Virus record (IMG/VR): IMGVR_UViG_3300023179_007765
Location: 1 to 59,062 of that record
Length of the DNA: 59,062 nt
Reading direction: 5' to 3' (one strand)
Source of the DNA: a virus
Lineage: Duplodnaviria; Caudoviricetes
Of the stretch, positions 27,415 through 36,869 are shown piece after piece. The notes under the pieces were generated by a model. The model did not search any database. It was given only the letters and a program-made list of their open reading frames with translations, and was not told the origin of the DNA. The position numbers and the translations under genes are program-made. The stretch's first letter is position 1. Every line of letters begins with the position of its first letter.

Positions 27415-28832
27415 TGGGGATGCTCAAGAACCTGCGCCGCAAGGTGGGTGCCATGGTGGGGGGCTTCGAGGGCGGACTGTCCGCCCGCCGCCTCAAGACT
27501 TTTCAAGCCAGCCGTGCCCACGTCAACACGCTGATCCAGGCAGCCGGTGCCGACATGACCGCCCGTGCCCGGTATCTCATCCGCAACAACGGCTATGCCG
27601 CTAATGCGGTCGAGTCCTGGGCCGGCAATGCCGTGGGCACCGGCATCAAACCCTCGTCGGGCATTGCCGATGCAGTGCTCAAGGATCGGGTGCAACGGCT
27701 GTGGCTGCGCTGGACCGACGAGTCCGATGCCGAGGGGCTGACGGATTTCTACGGCCAGCAGCGCCGGGCTGCGCGCGAACTGTTCATCGCGGGCGAGGTG
27801 TTTTTTCGGATTCGGCCGCGTAGGCCCGAGGATGGCCTGAGCGTGCCGTTGCAGTTGCAGATGCTGCCGGCCGAGATGCTGCCCCTGAATCACAACCAAC
27901 TACTGGAGAGCGGGCATCGCATCCGCCAGGGGATCGAGTTCGACCGCATCGGTCGCCGGGTCGCCTACCACTTCCTGCGCCGTCACCCGGGCGACATCAC
28001 CGATCCGGGCCTGACCGGGGAGACGGTACGGGTACCCGCCGAGTCGGTGCTGCACATCGTCGATCCGGTGGATGCCGGGCAACTCCGAGGCGTTTCGCGC
28101 TTCTCGCCGGCGCTGGTGAAGCTCTTTCTGCTCGACCAGTACGACGACGCCGAGCTCGACCGCAAGAAGGTCGCTGCGATGTTCGTCGGCTTCGTGCGCC
28201 GGCCCGAGCGTGACTTCGACAACAGCAACGAGACCGATGACCGGGGCGAGCCGCTGCTGCCACTCGAACCCGGGCAACTCCAGATCCTGGACGACGGCGA
28301 GGACATCACCTTCTCGACACCCGCCGATGTCGGCGGCAACTACGAGAGCTTCCAGTACCGCACCTTGCTGCAGGTGGCCGCTGCCTTGGGACTGCCCTAC
28401 GCGAACCTGTCGGCCGATATGTTGAAGGCCAACTACTCGAACACCCGAGCGGCGCTCTTGGAGTTTCGCCGCCGCATCGAAGCCTTCCAGCACTCGGTGC
28501 TGGTGTTTCAGTTGTGCCGGGCAGTGTGGGCGCGCTGGATGGACACGGCGGTGCTCTCGGGGCGACTGGACCTGCCGGACTACGAGCAACGCCGCGCCGA
28601 CTATCTGGACTGCAGCTGGCTGCCGCCACGCTGGGACTGGGTCGATCCCTTGAAAGACATCCGCGCCGAGATCAACGCCATCGAGGCCGGGCTCAAGTCC
28701 CGCACCCAGGCCATTGCCGAGCGGGGCTTTGACGCCGCCATGGTCGATGCCGAGATCGCCGGGGACCACCGGCGTGAGGAAAGCCTGGGGCTCTCCTTTG
28801 GGCGTGAGCCTGTGCCTCCGCCCTCGAACTGA
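27414..28832 (+). CDS. Portal protein, lambda family
   Basis: RARYLIRNNGYA, GQLRGVS, NYSNTRAALLEF, WVDPLKD. Confidence 0.95.
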   Translation: MGMLKNLRRKVGAMVGGFEGGLSARRLKTFQASRAHVNTLIQAAGADMTARARYLIRNNGYAANAVESWAGNAVGTGIKPSSGIADAVLKDRVQRLWLRWTDESDAEGLTDFYGQQRRAARELFIAGEVFFRIRPRRPEDGLSVPLQLQMLPAEMLPLNHNQLLESGHRIRQGIEFDRIGRRVAYHFLRRHPGDITDPGLTGETVRVPAESVLHIVDPVDAGQLRGVSRFSPALVKLFLLDQYDDAELDRKKVAAMFVGFVRRPERDFDNSNETDDRGEPLLPLEPGQLQILDDGEDITFSTPADVGGNYESFQYRTLLQVAAALGLPYANLSADMLKANYSNTRAALLEFRRRIEAFQHSVLVFQLCRAVWARWMDTAVLSGRLDLPDYEQRRADYLDCSWLPPRWDWVDPLKDIRAEINAIEAGLKSRTQAIAERGFDAAMVDAEIAGDHRREESLGLSFGREPVPPPSN

Positions 28833-28841
28833 GGAATTCCC

Positions 28842-30197
28842 ATGACCGATTTGCCTTACCTGGCGTCCCGCCTGTACGGGACGCCACTCCTCATTGCGCG
28901 CCCCAAACTTGAAGTGATCCTCGGGGTGGTGGCCCGGAAGCTCGCGGGTGACACCCTGGCCACGCCACCGCCGGCCATTGCCGATACCGGTAGGACCGGT
29001 GGCCTCCAAGTTCAAGAGGGCATCGCCATACTCCCGGTTCTCGGCACCTTGGTGCGACGCGCTTCGTATATCGGCGCCGCCAGTGGCCTCACCAGCTACC
29101 ACGACATCGAGGCCATGGCCGAAGCGGCCTTTGCCGACCCAGAGGTGCGCGCTGTGCTGCTGGAGATTGATTCCAGTGGTGGCGAAGCCGGTGGCGTGTT
29201 CGACCTGGCGCAGCGTCTGCGTGCCTTGTCCCAGACCTCGGGCAAGCCGCTCTGGGCCATCGCTGATGAAGCCGCGCTCTCAGCCGCCTACGCCATTGCC
29301 TGTGCCGCCGACCGCCTCTGGCTCACCCGCACCGCCGAGGTGGGCTCGATTGGTGTGGTGGCGGTGCACGTCGACGAGTCGGTGGCCGATGCGAAGGCGG
29401 GGCTCAATTACACCTTCCTGCACGCCGGCGCCCACAAGGTCGATGGCCATCCGCACGCACCGCTGCCGGCACCGGTCGCCGCCGACATCCAGGCCGACAT
29501 CGAGCAGTTGCACACGCAGTTCATCAGCTTGGTTGCCGGATTCCGCCGCCTCACACCCGAGGCGATTCGTGACACCGAGGCCCGCGTCTATCGCGGTGAG
29601 GCAGCCCTCCAGGCAGGGCTGGCCGATCAGATTGGCACCCGCGCTGAGGCGATCACGGCCCTGCAACGCCAACTGGCGATCACGGCCCTGCAACGCCAAC
29701 TGGCGACCACGGCTGGACGCAGTCTGCGTAACCAGGCTGCCGCGCTGTCGGCCTCCCACACCACATCCCGATCCCAACCATCCCAGAAGGAGATCTCCAT
29801 GAATGATCACAACCCCGCTACGCCGGTGGACGATGCCCTGGAAGGTTCGACCCCGAACTCAACCCAGACCCCGGCGCAGTCACCGCAAACCCCGCCGCCG
29901 CTCGATGAAGCCGCCATCACGGCGCAAGTTGAGCAACGACTGCGCCGCCAGCTCGCTGAGCTGACCGAGATCGCCGCCCAAGCCAAACGCCTCGGGGTCA
30001 CCGTCGATCCGGCGCAGGCCTTGGCCCGTGGTGTCACTCCGGATGCACTGCGTCAGTCGGTGCTGAAGCAGGCCGCTGAGCGCGATGTGGCGCAAGACAT
30101 CGTCGCCGAGGCCCCACAGCAACCCCAAACCAAACCCCAATCCGTCGCTGACAGCCCCTTGGTCAAAGCGGCCCAAGCCTATGGAGCACGCAAATGA
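28842..30197 (+). CDS. S49 prohead protease with a C-terminal scaffold region
   Basis: IDSSGGE, SAAYAIA, VGSIGV. Confidence 0.9.
   Translation: MTDLPYLASRLYGTPLLIARPKLEVILGVVARKLAGDTLATPPPAIADTGRTGGLQVQEGIAILPVLGTLVRRASYIGAASGLTSYHDIEAMAEAAFADPEVRAVLLEIDSSGGEAGGVFDLAQRLRALSQTSGKPLWAIADEAALSAAYAIACAADRLWLTRTAEVGSIGVVAVHVDESVADAKAGLNYTFLHAGAHKVDGHPHAPLPAPVAADIQADIEQLHTQFISLVAGFRRLTPEAIRDTEARVYRGEAALQAGLADQIGTRAEAITALQRQLAITALQRQLATTAGRSLRNQAAALSASHTTSRSQPSQKEISMNDHNPATPVDDALEGSTPNSTQTPAQSPQTPPPLDEAAITAQVEQRLRRQLAELTEIAAQAKRLGVTVDPAQALARGVTPDALRQSVLKQAAERDVAQDIVAEAPQQPQTKPQSVADSPLVKAAQAYGARK
29648..29701 (+). repeat. Perfect 27-bp in-frame tandem duplication (AITALQRQL x2)
   Basis: ggcgatcacggccctgcaacgccaact occurs twice in tandem. 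Confidence 0.9.
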
Positions 30198-30586
30198 GCA
30201 CACCTTTGATTTCGCCTACGACCCTCGGTGATCTGATCAAGCGCGAGTCCGACCCGGACTACACCCGTGAGACCGTGACCCTGAAGGCCGGCACCGCCTA
30301 CCCCTTGGGTGCGGTGCTCGGTCGCATCACGGCGGATGGCAAATACACCTTCTCGCCAGTGGCATCGACCACGGGCACCGAGGGGGCCGAGATTGCCTGC
30401 GCCGTGCTGTTGCACCCGGTGGCTGCCAGCGCAACTGACACCCAGGCGGTGGTGCTCGCGCGCGGCCAGGTGATCGTCGCCGACCGTGCGCTGGCTTTCG
30501 ATGCCTCGATCACGGATGCCGCTGCCCAATCCCTCAAACACCAGCAACTGGCTGCCCACGGCATCGTCGTGCGCGCCGCTGCCTGA
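30194..30586 (+). CDS. Head decoration protein (gpD-like)
   Basis: GAVLGRITADGKY; position before the major capsid gene. Confidence 0.85.
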   Translation: MSTPLISPTTLGDLIKRESDPDYTRETVTLKAGTAYPLGAVLGRITADGKYTFSPVASTTGTEGAEIACAVLLHPVAASATDTQAVVLARGQVIVADRALAFDASITDAAAQSLKHQQLAAHGIVVRAAA

Positions 30587-30600
30587 ACAGGAGTTTCCTC

Positions 30601-31629
30601 ATGACCGTGATCGTCAATCCTTTCGACGCCGGTGGCTTCACGCTGGCCGAGATGTCGGCTGCCATCCAGATGCTGCCCAACCCCTATGGCCGGGTCGGTC
30701 AGCTGGGGCTGTTTGCACCCGAGCCGATTTCCCAGCGCAATGTCACCATCGAGTCCATCGAAGGCGAACTGCGCTTGCTGCCGGCCGTCGCCCCAGGTGC
30801 ACCTGCGACGGTGGGCAGCACCGACAAACGCTCGGTGCGCTCGTTTGCCGTTCCCCACATCCCGCACAACGATGTGGTGCTGCCCGAGGAAATCCAGGGG
30901 ATTCGGGGCTTGGGCCTGGCCGCTAGTGAAGACCCGCTGGTCACCGTGATGACCCGCAAACTTGCCCGGATGCGTGCGAAACACGCCCAGACGCTGGAGT
31001 ACATGCGCGTCAATGCACTCTTGGGAATCACCAAGGATGGTGCTGGCAACACCCTCTACGACTGGCACGACGAGTTCGGCATCCAGAAGCCCGAGGTGGA
31101 TTTCGTGTTCGGTGGCACCGAGGACATGGTCATCCACTGCACCCAGGTGGCCCGCCACATCGAGGAGAACCTCAAAGGCGAGATGATGACCACCATCCAC
31201 GCCCTGGTCAGCCCCGAGTTCTTCGATGCACTGGTCAAGCACAAGACCGTCAAGGAGGCCTATACCTTCTACCAAGGCACGGCCGGTACCAATCCGTTGC
31301 GCGACGATGTGCGCCGGGGCTTTCGTTTTGGCTCCATCCTGTTCGAGGAGTATTTCGGTACGGTGACGCTGGCCAACGGTACATCCGTGCGCCTGATTCC
31401 GCCGCGCGAAGGTGTGGCGTTCCCGCTGGGCACGCTGGATACCTTCCGCACCTACTTCGCCCCGGCGAACCTGATGGAAGCCGTCGGCACCTATGGCCAG
31501 GAGCTCTACGCCCATCAGTTGGCTCGTCCGAATGGCACCGGCGTCGACATCTACACCCAGTCCAACCCGCTGCCGATTGTGAAACGCCCGGCGCTGACCG
31601 TGCGGCTCTTCTCGAGCAATGGCTGGTGA
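30601..31629 (+). CDS. Major capsid protein (lambda gpE family)
   Basis: 342 aa, QSNPLP near the C-terminus, gene order. Confidence 0.9.
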   Translation: MTVIVNPFDAGGFTLAEMSAAIQMLPNPYGRVGQLGLFAPEPISQRNVTIESIEGELRLLPAVAPGAPATVGSTDKRSVRSFAVPHIPHNDVVLPEEIQGIRGLGLAASEDPLVTVMTRKLARMRAKHAQTLEYMRVNALLGITKDGAGNTLYDWHDEFGIQKPEVDFVFGGTEDMVIHCTQVARHIEENLKGEMMTTIHALVSPEFFDALVKHKTVKEAYTFYQGTAGTNPLRDDVRRGFRFGSILFEEYFGTVTLANGTSVRLIPPREGVAFPLGTLDTFRTYFAPANLMEAVGTYGQELYAHQLARPNGTGVDIYTQSNPLPIVKRPALTVRLFSSNGW

Positions 31630-31647
31630 TCGTGATGGGAGGTGACC

Positions 31648-31977
31648 ATGACGGTCTTCGGTGATTTGACACGGGCCATGTCATCCATCGTGCTCACCAC
31701 CTTCGGTGAGCCGGTGGTGTTTCACCTCGAAGGGCAGGCCGAGGCGCTGCCGGGCCGGGGCGTGTTCTCGGCGGCGCACCAGGAGGTGGATGCCAGCACG
31801 GGTGTGCCGGTGTCCACGGTCCAGTCGGTGCTGGAGGTGCGGCTGGCGGATCTGCCGACCACCCCGACCGAGGGCGATGCCGTGACGGTGCAAGGTGTGC
31901 TCTACCTGATCGTCGAGGTGCGACCCGATGGGCACGGCTTTCTGAAACTGATGCTACACAAAGGGGGGGGGCCATGA
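31648..31977 (+). CDS. Head-tail joining protein (gpFII-like)
   Basis: EVRPDGHG motif and position. Confidence 0.7.
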   Translation: MTVFGDLTRAMSSIVLTTFGEPVVFHLEGQAEALPGRGVFSAAHQEVDASTGVPVSTVQSVLEVRLADLPTTPTEGDAVTVQGVLYLIVEVRPDGHGFLKLMLHKGGGP

Positions 31978-32528
31978 AGCATCCACGCACCCTGATCCGT
32001 GAGGTGGTCGCCGCGCGACTCATTGAGTCTTTGCCCAAGGTGGATACACGCATCACGCCGGCACGCATCAGCATCCACCGCAGCACCCCGCTGTTTGCCG
32101 GCAAGTTGCCGGCCATCCTGATCTACACGCGCGATGAGCGCATCGAGGATCAGCCCAACGCCGATCCGGGACTGCGCTATCGGAAGCTCGAACTGTCGGT
32201 GGAAATCATCGCCAGTGGTGACGCCGCTGCCGAAGAGGCCGATGTGCTGGCCCAGGCGGTGGAAGCCATCCTCGATGCCGATGAGACTTTGGGACTGCTG
32301 GTCGAAGGCACGCGCCTGACCCGCACCGAGGTGGATCAAGGCGGTGAGGGTGATACGCCGGTGCTGGCCGCTCGCCTGTCGTTCGAAGTCAGCTACTGGA
32401 CCAAGCCTGTGATCGATGACGGGGTGTTGCCGCTGCAGGTGCTGGTCAGCTGGGTGCCGGAGATTGGCACTGGCCATGAGCACAGCTATCAGCCGGTTGG
32501 CACGCACTACCGGGAGCCGAGTTCATGA
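31974..32528 (+). CDS. Tail terminator/completion protein
   Basis: HPRTLIRE...LPAILIYT; position. Confidence 0.6.
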   Translation: MKHPRTLIREVVAARLIESLPKVDTRITPARISIHRSTPLFAGKLPAILIYTRDERIEDQPNADPGLRYRKLELSVEIIASGDAAAEEADVLAQAVEAILDADETLGLLVEGTRLTRTEVDQGGEGDTPVLAARLSFEVSYWTKPVIDDGVLPLQVLVSWVPEIGTGHEHSYQPVGTHYREPSS

Positions 32529-33001
32529 GCGAGCGCAACCTGCATCAGGACATGACCGAGGCCGAGCGGCGCATCAGCAATGTGGCACTCATGGGCCAGA
32601 TAGTGGCGCTCGATACAACTCGTGCCCGTGTGCGGGTGCAGGCCGGTCCCATCACCACGGGTTGGCTGCCCTTTGCGACGGTGCGTGCTGGTCAGGATCG
32701 GACCTGGCATCCGCCGGAGCCAGGGGAGCAGGTGCTGCTCGTTGCTCCTGGTGGCGATCTCAACCAAGCGGTGGTGGTCGGCTCGATCTACCGGGCAGAC
32801 CATCCTGCTCCGGCCGATTCGGCAGACGTCTCGCGCACGCGGTTCTTGGACGGGGCGGTGATGGAGTACGACCGGGCGCAGCACCACTGGCGCTTGGCCG
32901 TGCCAGCGGGCGGCAGGATCGTGCTGGAGATTGGCCCGACGCGATTGGAGCTCAGCGATCAGGGTGCCCGGCTGACTGCACCCCGGATTGATCTGAACTG
33001 A
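32525..33001 (+). CDS. Baseplate spike gpV
   Basis: TGWLPF...PEPGEQV...DGAVMEYD. Confidence 0.9.
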   Translation: MSERNLHQDMTEAERRISNVALMGQIVALDTTRARVRVQAGPITTGWLPFATVRAGQDRTWHPPEPGEQVLLVAPGGDLNQAVVVGSIYRADHPAPADSADVSRTRFLDGAVMEYDRAQHHWRLAVPAGGRIVLEIGPTRLELSDQGARLTAPRIDLN

Positions 33002-33012
33002 AGGAGGTCGCC

Positions 33013-33297
33013 ATGCCCGCCGTCACTCGTCTCGGTGATCAATGCACCGGCCACGGCTGTTTCCCGGCACGCCCGAGTACCTCCGCTGCCGCCTCGGTGT
33101 TCATCAATGGCATCGCGGTGCATCGGGTGGGGGATGCCTGGGCCACGCACTGCTGTGGTCCCGCCTGTCACGCCAGCGTGCTGGCGGAGGGCAGTTCCAG
33201 TGTGTTTGCCGAAGGTCATGCCGTCGGGCGCATCGGCGATCCGGTGGCCTGTGGTTCGAGCGTGGCCGAAGGGTCACCCAATGTCTATGCAGGGTAA
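33013..33297 (+). CDS. PAAR spike-tip protein
   Basis: MPAVTRLGD...HRVGD...GRIGD repeats with Cys/His ligands. Confidence 0.9.
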   Translation: MPAVTRLGDQCTGHGCFPARPSTSAAASVFINGIAVHRVGDAWATHCCGPACHASVLAEGSSSVFAEGHAVGRIGDPVACGSSVAEGSPNVYAG

Positions 33298-33303
33298 TCA
33301 GCG

Positions 33304-33639
33304 ATGCTCGGACTCAACGCCCAAACCGGCCAGCCCCTGGCTGGCATCGACCACCTGCGCCAGAGCATCCGCGACATCCTGACCACCCGCATCGGTACCC
33401 GCGTGATGCGACGTGACTATGGCTCGCGCCTGCCCACGCTGGTCGACAACCCCATGACCCCGAGGCTTGCCATGGATCTGTACTCGGCCACCGCCGAGGC
33501 CCTGGCGCGCTGGGAGCCGCGTTTCAAGCTCACCCGCGTTCGCATCGCCAGGGCAGAAGTCGGGCAAGTCGTGCTCGATCTGGAAGGTATCTACCTGCCT
33601 GATGGCCAGGCCACGGTGCTCACCGCAGTGGAGGTGTGA
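33304..33639 (+). CDS. Baseplate gpW/gp25 family protein
   Basis: HLRQSIRDILTT.IGTRVMRRDYGS...WEPR. Confidence 0.92.
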   Translation: MLGLNAQTGQPLAGIDHLRQSIRDILTTRIGTRVMRRDYGSRLPTLVDNPMTPRLAMDLYSATAEALARWEPRFKLTRVRIARAEVGQVVLDLEGIYLPDGQATVLTAVEV

Positions 33640-34482
33640 ATGACGACGCTCAGCGATTTGGCGAGTCTGCCGACCCCGGCGGTGATCGAAACCCTGTCCT
33701 TCGAGACGATCTTCACGGAACTGCAGACCGAGTTTCAATCTCGCTACCCGGACTACTCGGCCCTCTTGGCCTCGGACCCGGCCGTCAAGCTCCTGGAGGT
33801 CGCGGCTTACCGGGAGGTCCTGCTCAGAAACCGCGTCAACGCAGCGGCCAAAGCTTCCCTCCTGGCCTTTGCCACCGGCAGCGATCTCGACCACCTGGCT
33901 GCTTTCTACGGCGTGACGCGCTTGATGGATGAGACCGATGAGGCGCTGCGCTTGCGCACCCGCCAACGCATCATCGGCTTTGCCAATGCGGGCGGTGCAG
34001 CGCACTACCGCTACTGGGCGCTCTCGGCATCCCCTGAGGTGGCCGATGTCGAGGTCGACAGCCCGGAACCCGGGCGTGTGCGCATCAGCGTGCTCGCCAA
34101 GGGTGAAGCAGATACCGTCCCGGATGCGGTGCTCGATGCCGTGCGCGCCGTGGTGTTGCGCGACGACATCCGGGTGCTGACCGACACCGTCGAGGTGGTG
34201 CCGGCCGAACTCATTCCCGTCACGGTGACCGCCCGGATCTGGCTCTATCCCGACACACCGATGGCCGCCTTCGACGCCATCGGGGCACGTTTCAAGGAAG
34301 CATTGGCTGCGCAGTCGGGCCTGGGCTGGGATCTGACGCCCTCCTGGGTGATTGGCGAGCTGCAGCGTCCCGGCGTGCAAAAGGTCGAGTTGCTCGCGCC
34401 GACGACCGACATTCGCGCCAACGCCAACCAGGCGGTGCGCCTGATCCATCTGAATCTGGAATTTTCGGGGCGGGATCGATAG
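33640..34482 (+). CDS. Baseplate J protein
   Basis: KLLEVAAYRE...ATGSDLDHL. Confidence 0.92.
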   Translation: MTTLSDLASLPTPAVIETLSFETIFTELQTEFQSRYPDYSALLASDPAVKLLEVAAYREVLLRNRVNAAAKASLLAFATGSDLDHLAAFYGVTRLMDETDEALRLRTRQRIIGFANAGGAAHYRYWALSASPEVADVEVDSPEPGRVRISVLAKGEADTVPDAVLDAVRAVVLRDDIRVLTDTVEVVPAELIPVTVTARIWLYPDTPMAAFDAIGARFKEALAAQSGLGWDLTPSWVIGELQRPGVQKVELLAPTTDIRANANQAVRLIHLNLEFSGRDR

Positions 34483-34524
34483 CGCTTCGCGCCTTCCCTT
34501 TTCTCCCCCTGCGCTGGAGGGCAC

Positions 34525-36099
34525 ATGACTTCTGAACATATGCTGCCCGCCAATGCCACACCGCTGGAGCAGGCGCTCTCGCTGGCGACCGACCCGCTGG
34601 CCCGGCTGGCACTGCCGGCAGATGCCATCCGCCAGTTCAAGACCGATCCGTCTGAGCCGCTGCTGCCCTGGCTGATCTGGGAATTCGGCCTGGGTGAATT
34701 GTTGCCCTATTTGCCGGAGCCGCGCCGCGCCATCGCCGAGGGCATCCTCTGGCAGCGGCTGCGTGGTACACCGGCCGCACTGGCGACCGCCTTGTCCTGG
34801 ATCGGGATGCGCGCCACGGTCGAGCAGGAACCGCCTGGTGTTCACTTTGCCGAGTTTCAACTCGATCCGGGACAAGTGCTCGACAGCGACACAGAGATTG
34901 CCAACCTGATCGCCATCGCCCGCCTGTCGGCACCGGCCCGCAGTCGGCTCTCACGCATCTATCACGGCCATGACCTGCGTCGCGTCGTGCTCGATGAGAG
35001 TCGGCTGGGCGATGCGTTGCTGTCCGATCACAGCGGCGTTTTCTGGCGAGACGGGCGCACCAAGTTATCGTTTGGGCGAGGCTTCGCGCAGCACGCGCTG
35101 GCATCCGGACAACAGATCGCGCCGAACCGTGAGGCCGTGCGCTTTGCCGTGGCACGCTTGATCGACCGGTATTTGCTCGACTTCTCGGCCCTGGGCGATC
35201 CTGGTCACACGCCCAACGAGGAGATCCTGCACTCGCATCTGTTCACGCTGGCCAATGCGCTGGGCGTGCCAGATGCGACCACCTTGCTGCCCGAACGCCG
35301 ATTTGCACGGGCGATGGTGGTGCTGTCTGACAGCACGCCCTTGGGCGATCTCAATGCCAACCTGCCGCGCTTTACCTGGCAAGAGGTGGGGCAGGCGATC
35401 ACCCTGGGGGGCAGTGACAAGCTGTCCGCGACGCCGCACCGGCTGATTCGTGTCGAAGTCCTGGAGCGATTTGCTCGGGGCCATCCGGGCGACCTGGTCG
35501 TGCCAACCTTGAGTCTGCTGGCCCACCGCGACCATCTCGCTGTTCACCGTGTCCAGGCCCGCGCCGATCAGTCGCTGGGGATGTGGGCCTTGGGCGAGTC
35601 CGTACCCAGCCTCGACCGGGGCTTTGTGCAGCGTGATCACACCCGAGGCAACTTGGGCCTGCCCGATGCCGCTGGCTGGCGGCCACGCCTGTACCAGAGG
35701 GCGCAGGTGGTGCTCAGTGAAGTCATTTTGGGCGAGGTCAATACCCGCACGCCCCGGCGAGCACTGTTGCGCACCCGGCCGCTGCCCACCCTGGGCGATC
35801 TCACCTTGGGTGATGTGGCCGAGGTCGAGTGGCGAACGCTGACCGAGATGCACATCGTCGTCTCCGGCTTCACCGATGTGACGCCTTACGGGTTTGAGGA
35901 AACACCCTCCAACCTGCAGCGCCTGCTCACCCGCACCACCGAGCGCAACACCGGAGCACTCGTCGCGCCATCGCGTGTTGCCGTGGCCAGTCACCAAGCC
36001 GGCTGGCAGGGCCAGACCTGGACCGGTGTGCGCTGGCCATCTTCAACCTGGACCGACACCCGCGAGCTGATCGGCGCGACCCATCAGACGCTGAACTGA
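34525..36099 (+). CDS. Tail protein I (P2 gpI-like N-terminus) with a long extension
   Basis: LPANATPLEQAL...LLPWL...RGTPAAL. Confidence 0.75.
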   Translation: MTSEHMLPANATPLEQALSLATDPLARLALPADAIRQFKTDPSEPLLPWLIWEFGLGELLPYLPEPRRAIAEGILWQRLRGTPAALATALSWIGMRATVEQEPPGVHFAEFQLDPGQVLDSDTEIANLIAIARLSAPARSRLSRIYHGHDLRRVVLDESRLGDALLSDHSGVFWRDGRTKLSFGRGFAQHALASGQQIAPNREAVRFAVARLIDRYLLDFSALGDPGHTPNEEILHSHLFTLANALGVPDATTLLPERRFARAMVVLSDSTPLGDLNANLPRFTWQEVGQAITLGGSDKLSATPHRLIRVEVLERFARGHPGDLVVPTLSLLAHRDHLAVHRVQARADQSLGMWALGESVPSLDRGFVQRDHTRGNLGLPDAAGWRPRLYQRAQVVLSEVILGEVNTRTPRRALLRTRPLPTLGDLTLGDVAEVEWRTLTEMHIVVSGFTDVTPYGFEETPSNLQRLLTRTTERNTGALVAPSRVAVASHQAGWQGQTWTGVRWPSSTWTDTRELIGATHQTLN

Positions 36100-36161
36100 T
36101 TCGGCGGCGCACCGAGCGCTGCTGCTTTGCATTTCTCCCTCATTCAATTTTGGAGCACCCG

Positions 36162-36854
36162 ATGGCCATCCTGACTGCCAGCGGTCGCGCTGCGCTTGCC
36201 GCCGCGATCAAAGAACAAACCCTGCACCTCGCCCTGGGCGAGGGCGATCCGCTGTGGGACACCACCAAGGCGATCAGCACACCTTTTGATGAAACCGGGG
36301 TGATCGAGCTGGGCTTTACGCACCTGGCCGACATCCGTGTCACCTCGCTGGATGACCAGACCGAGTACGCGCTCGACATCGACTACAGCGCCAATGCCCG
36401 CGAGGGCGTGATCCGCCGTCTGCCGGCCAGCAATATCCCGGAAGGTGGTGACGTCACGGTCCACTTCAAGGTTTCGCACCCGCCCGAGTCCATCGGCCAG
36501 ACGGCGCTGCTGCGCGAAGTCGGCCGCCGGGTGGTGGACGAGGTGCATTTCGTTGCTGCCGACCCTGAGGGCGAGATCGTGGTGCCGACCGGACGCTACC
36601 GGCTGGTCACCGACCCCACAAACCACCTGTTTATCCGCGTGCGCTTCGACTTCGAGGATGCCGCCACCAGCGTGGTGCGCGAGCAAGGCCTCTTCGTTGG
36701 CACCCAGACCGATCCTCAATTGCCCGATGGGCAGAAATTCTTCGTGCCGAGCCAAGTCGTTGAGCCCGGCATCCTCCTCGTGCTGCAGAACTCGGTGCCC
36801 ATCGTGCGCCAACCCTCGACGCGCGAGACCTTCGAATTCGTTGTCACTTTCTAA
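36162..36854 (+). CDS. Baseplate / tail-fibre proximal protein
   Basis: ILTASGRAALA...VREQGLF. Confidence 0.65.
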   Translation: MAILTASGRAALAAAIKEQTLHLALGEGDPLWDTTKAISTPFDETGVIELGFTHLADIRVTSLDDQTEYALDIDYSANAREGVIRRLPASNIPEGGDVTVHFKVSHPPESIGQTALLREVGRRVVDEVHFVAADPEGEIVVPTGRYRLVTDPTNHLFIRVRFDFEDAATSVVREQGLFVGTQTDPQLPDGQKFFVPSQVVEPGILLVLQNSVPIVRQPSTRETFEFVVTF

Positions 36855-36869
36855 TCCGCGAGGCCACCC

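Noticed and set aside
23695-31971. C9 (23695-23703) and G9 (31963-31971) homopolymers as phase-variation tracts
   Set aside because: Both frames are intact, the tracts are short and such runs are plausible in GC-rich DNA; there is no evidence of variation without reads.
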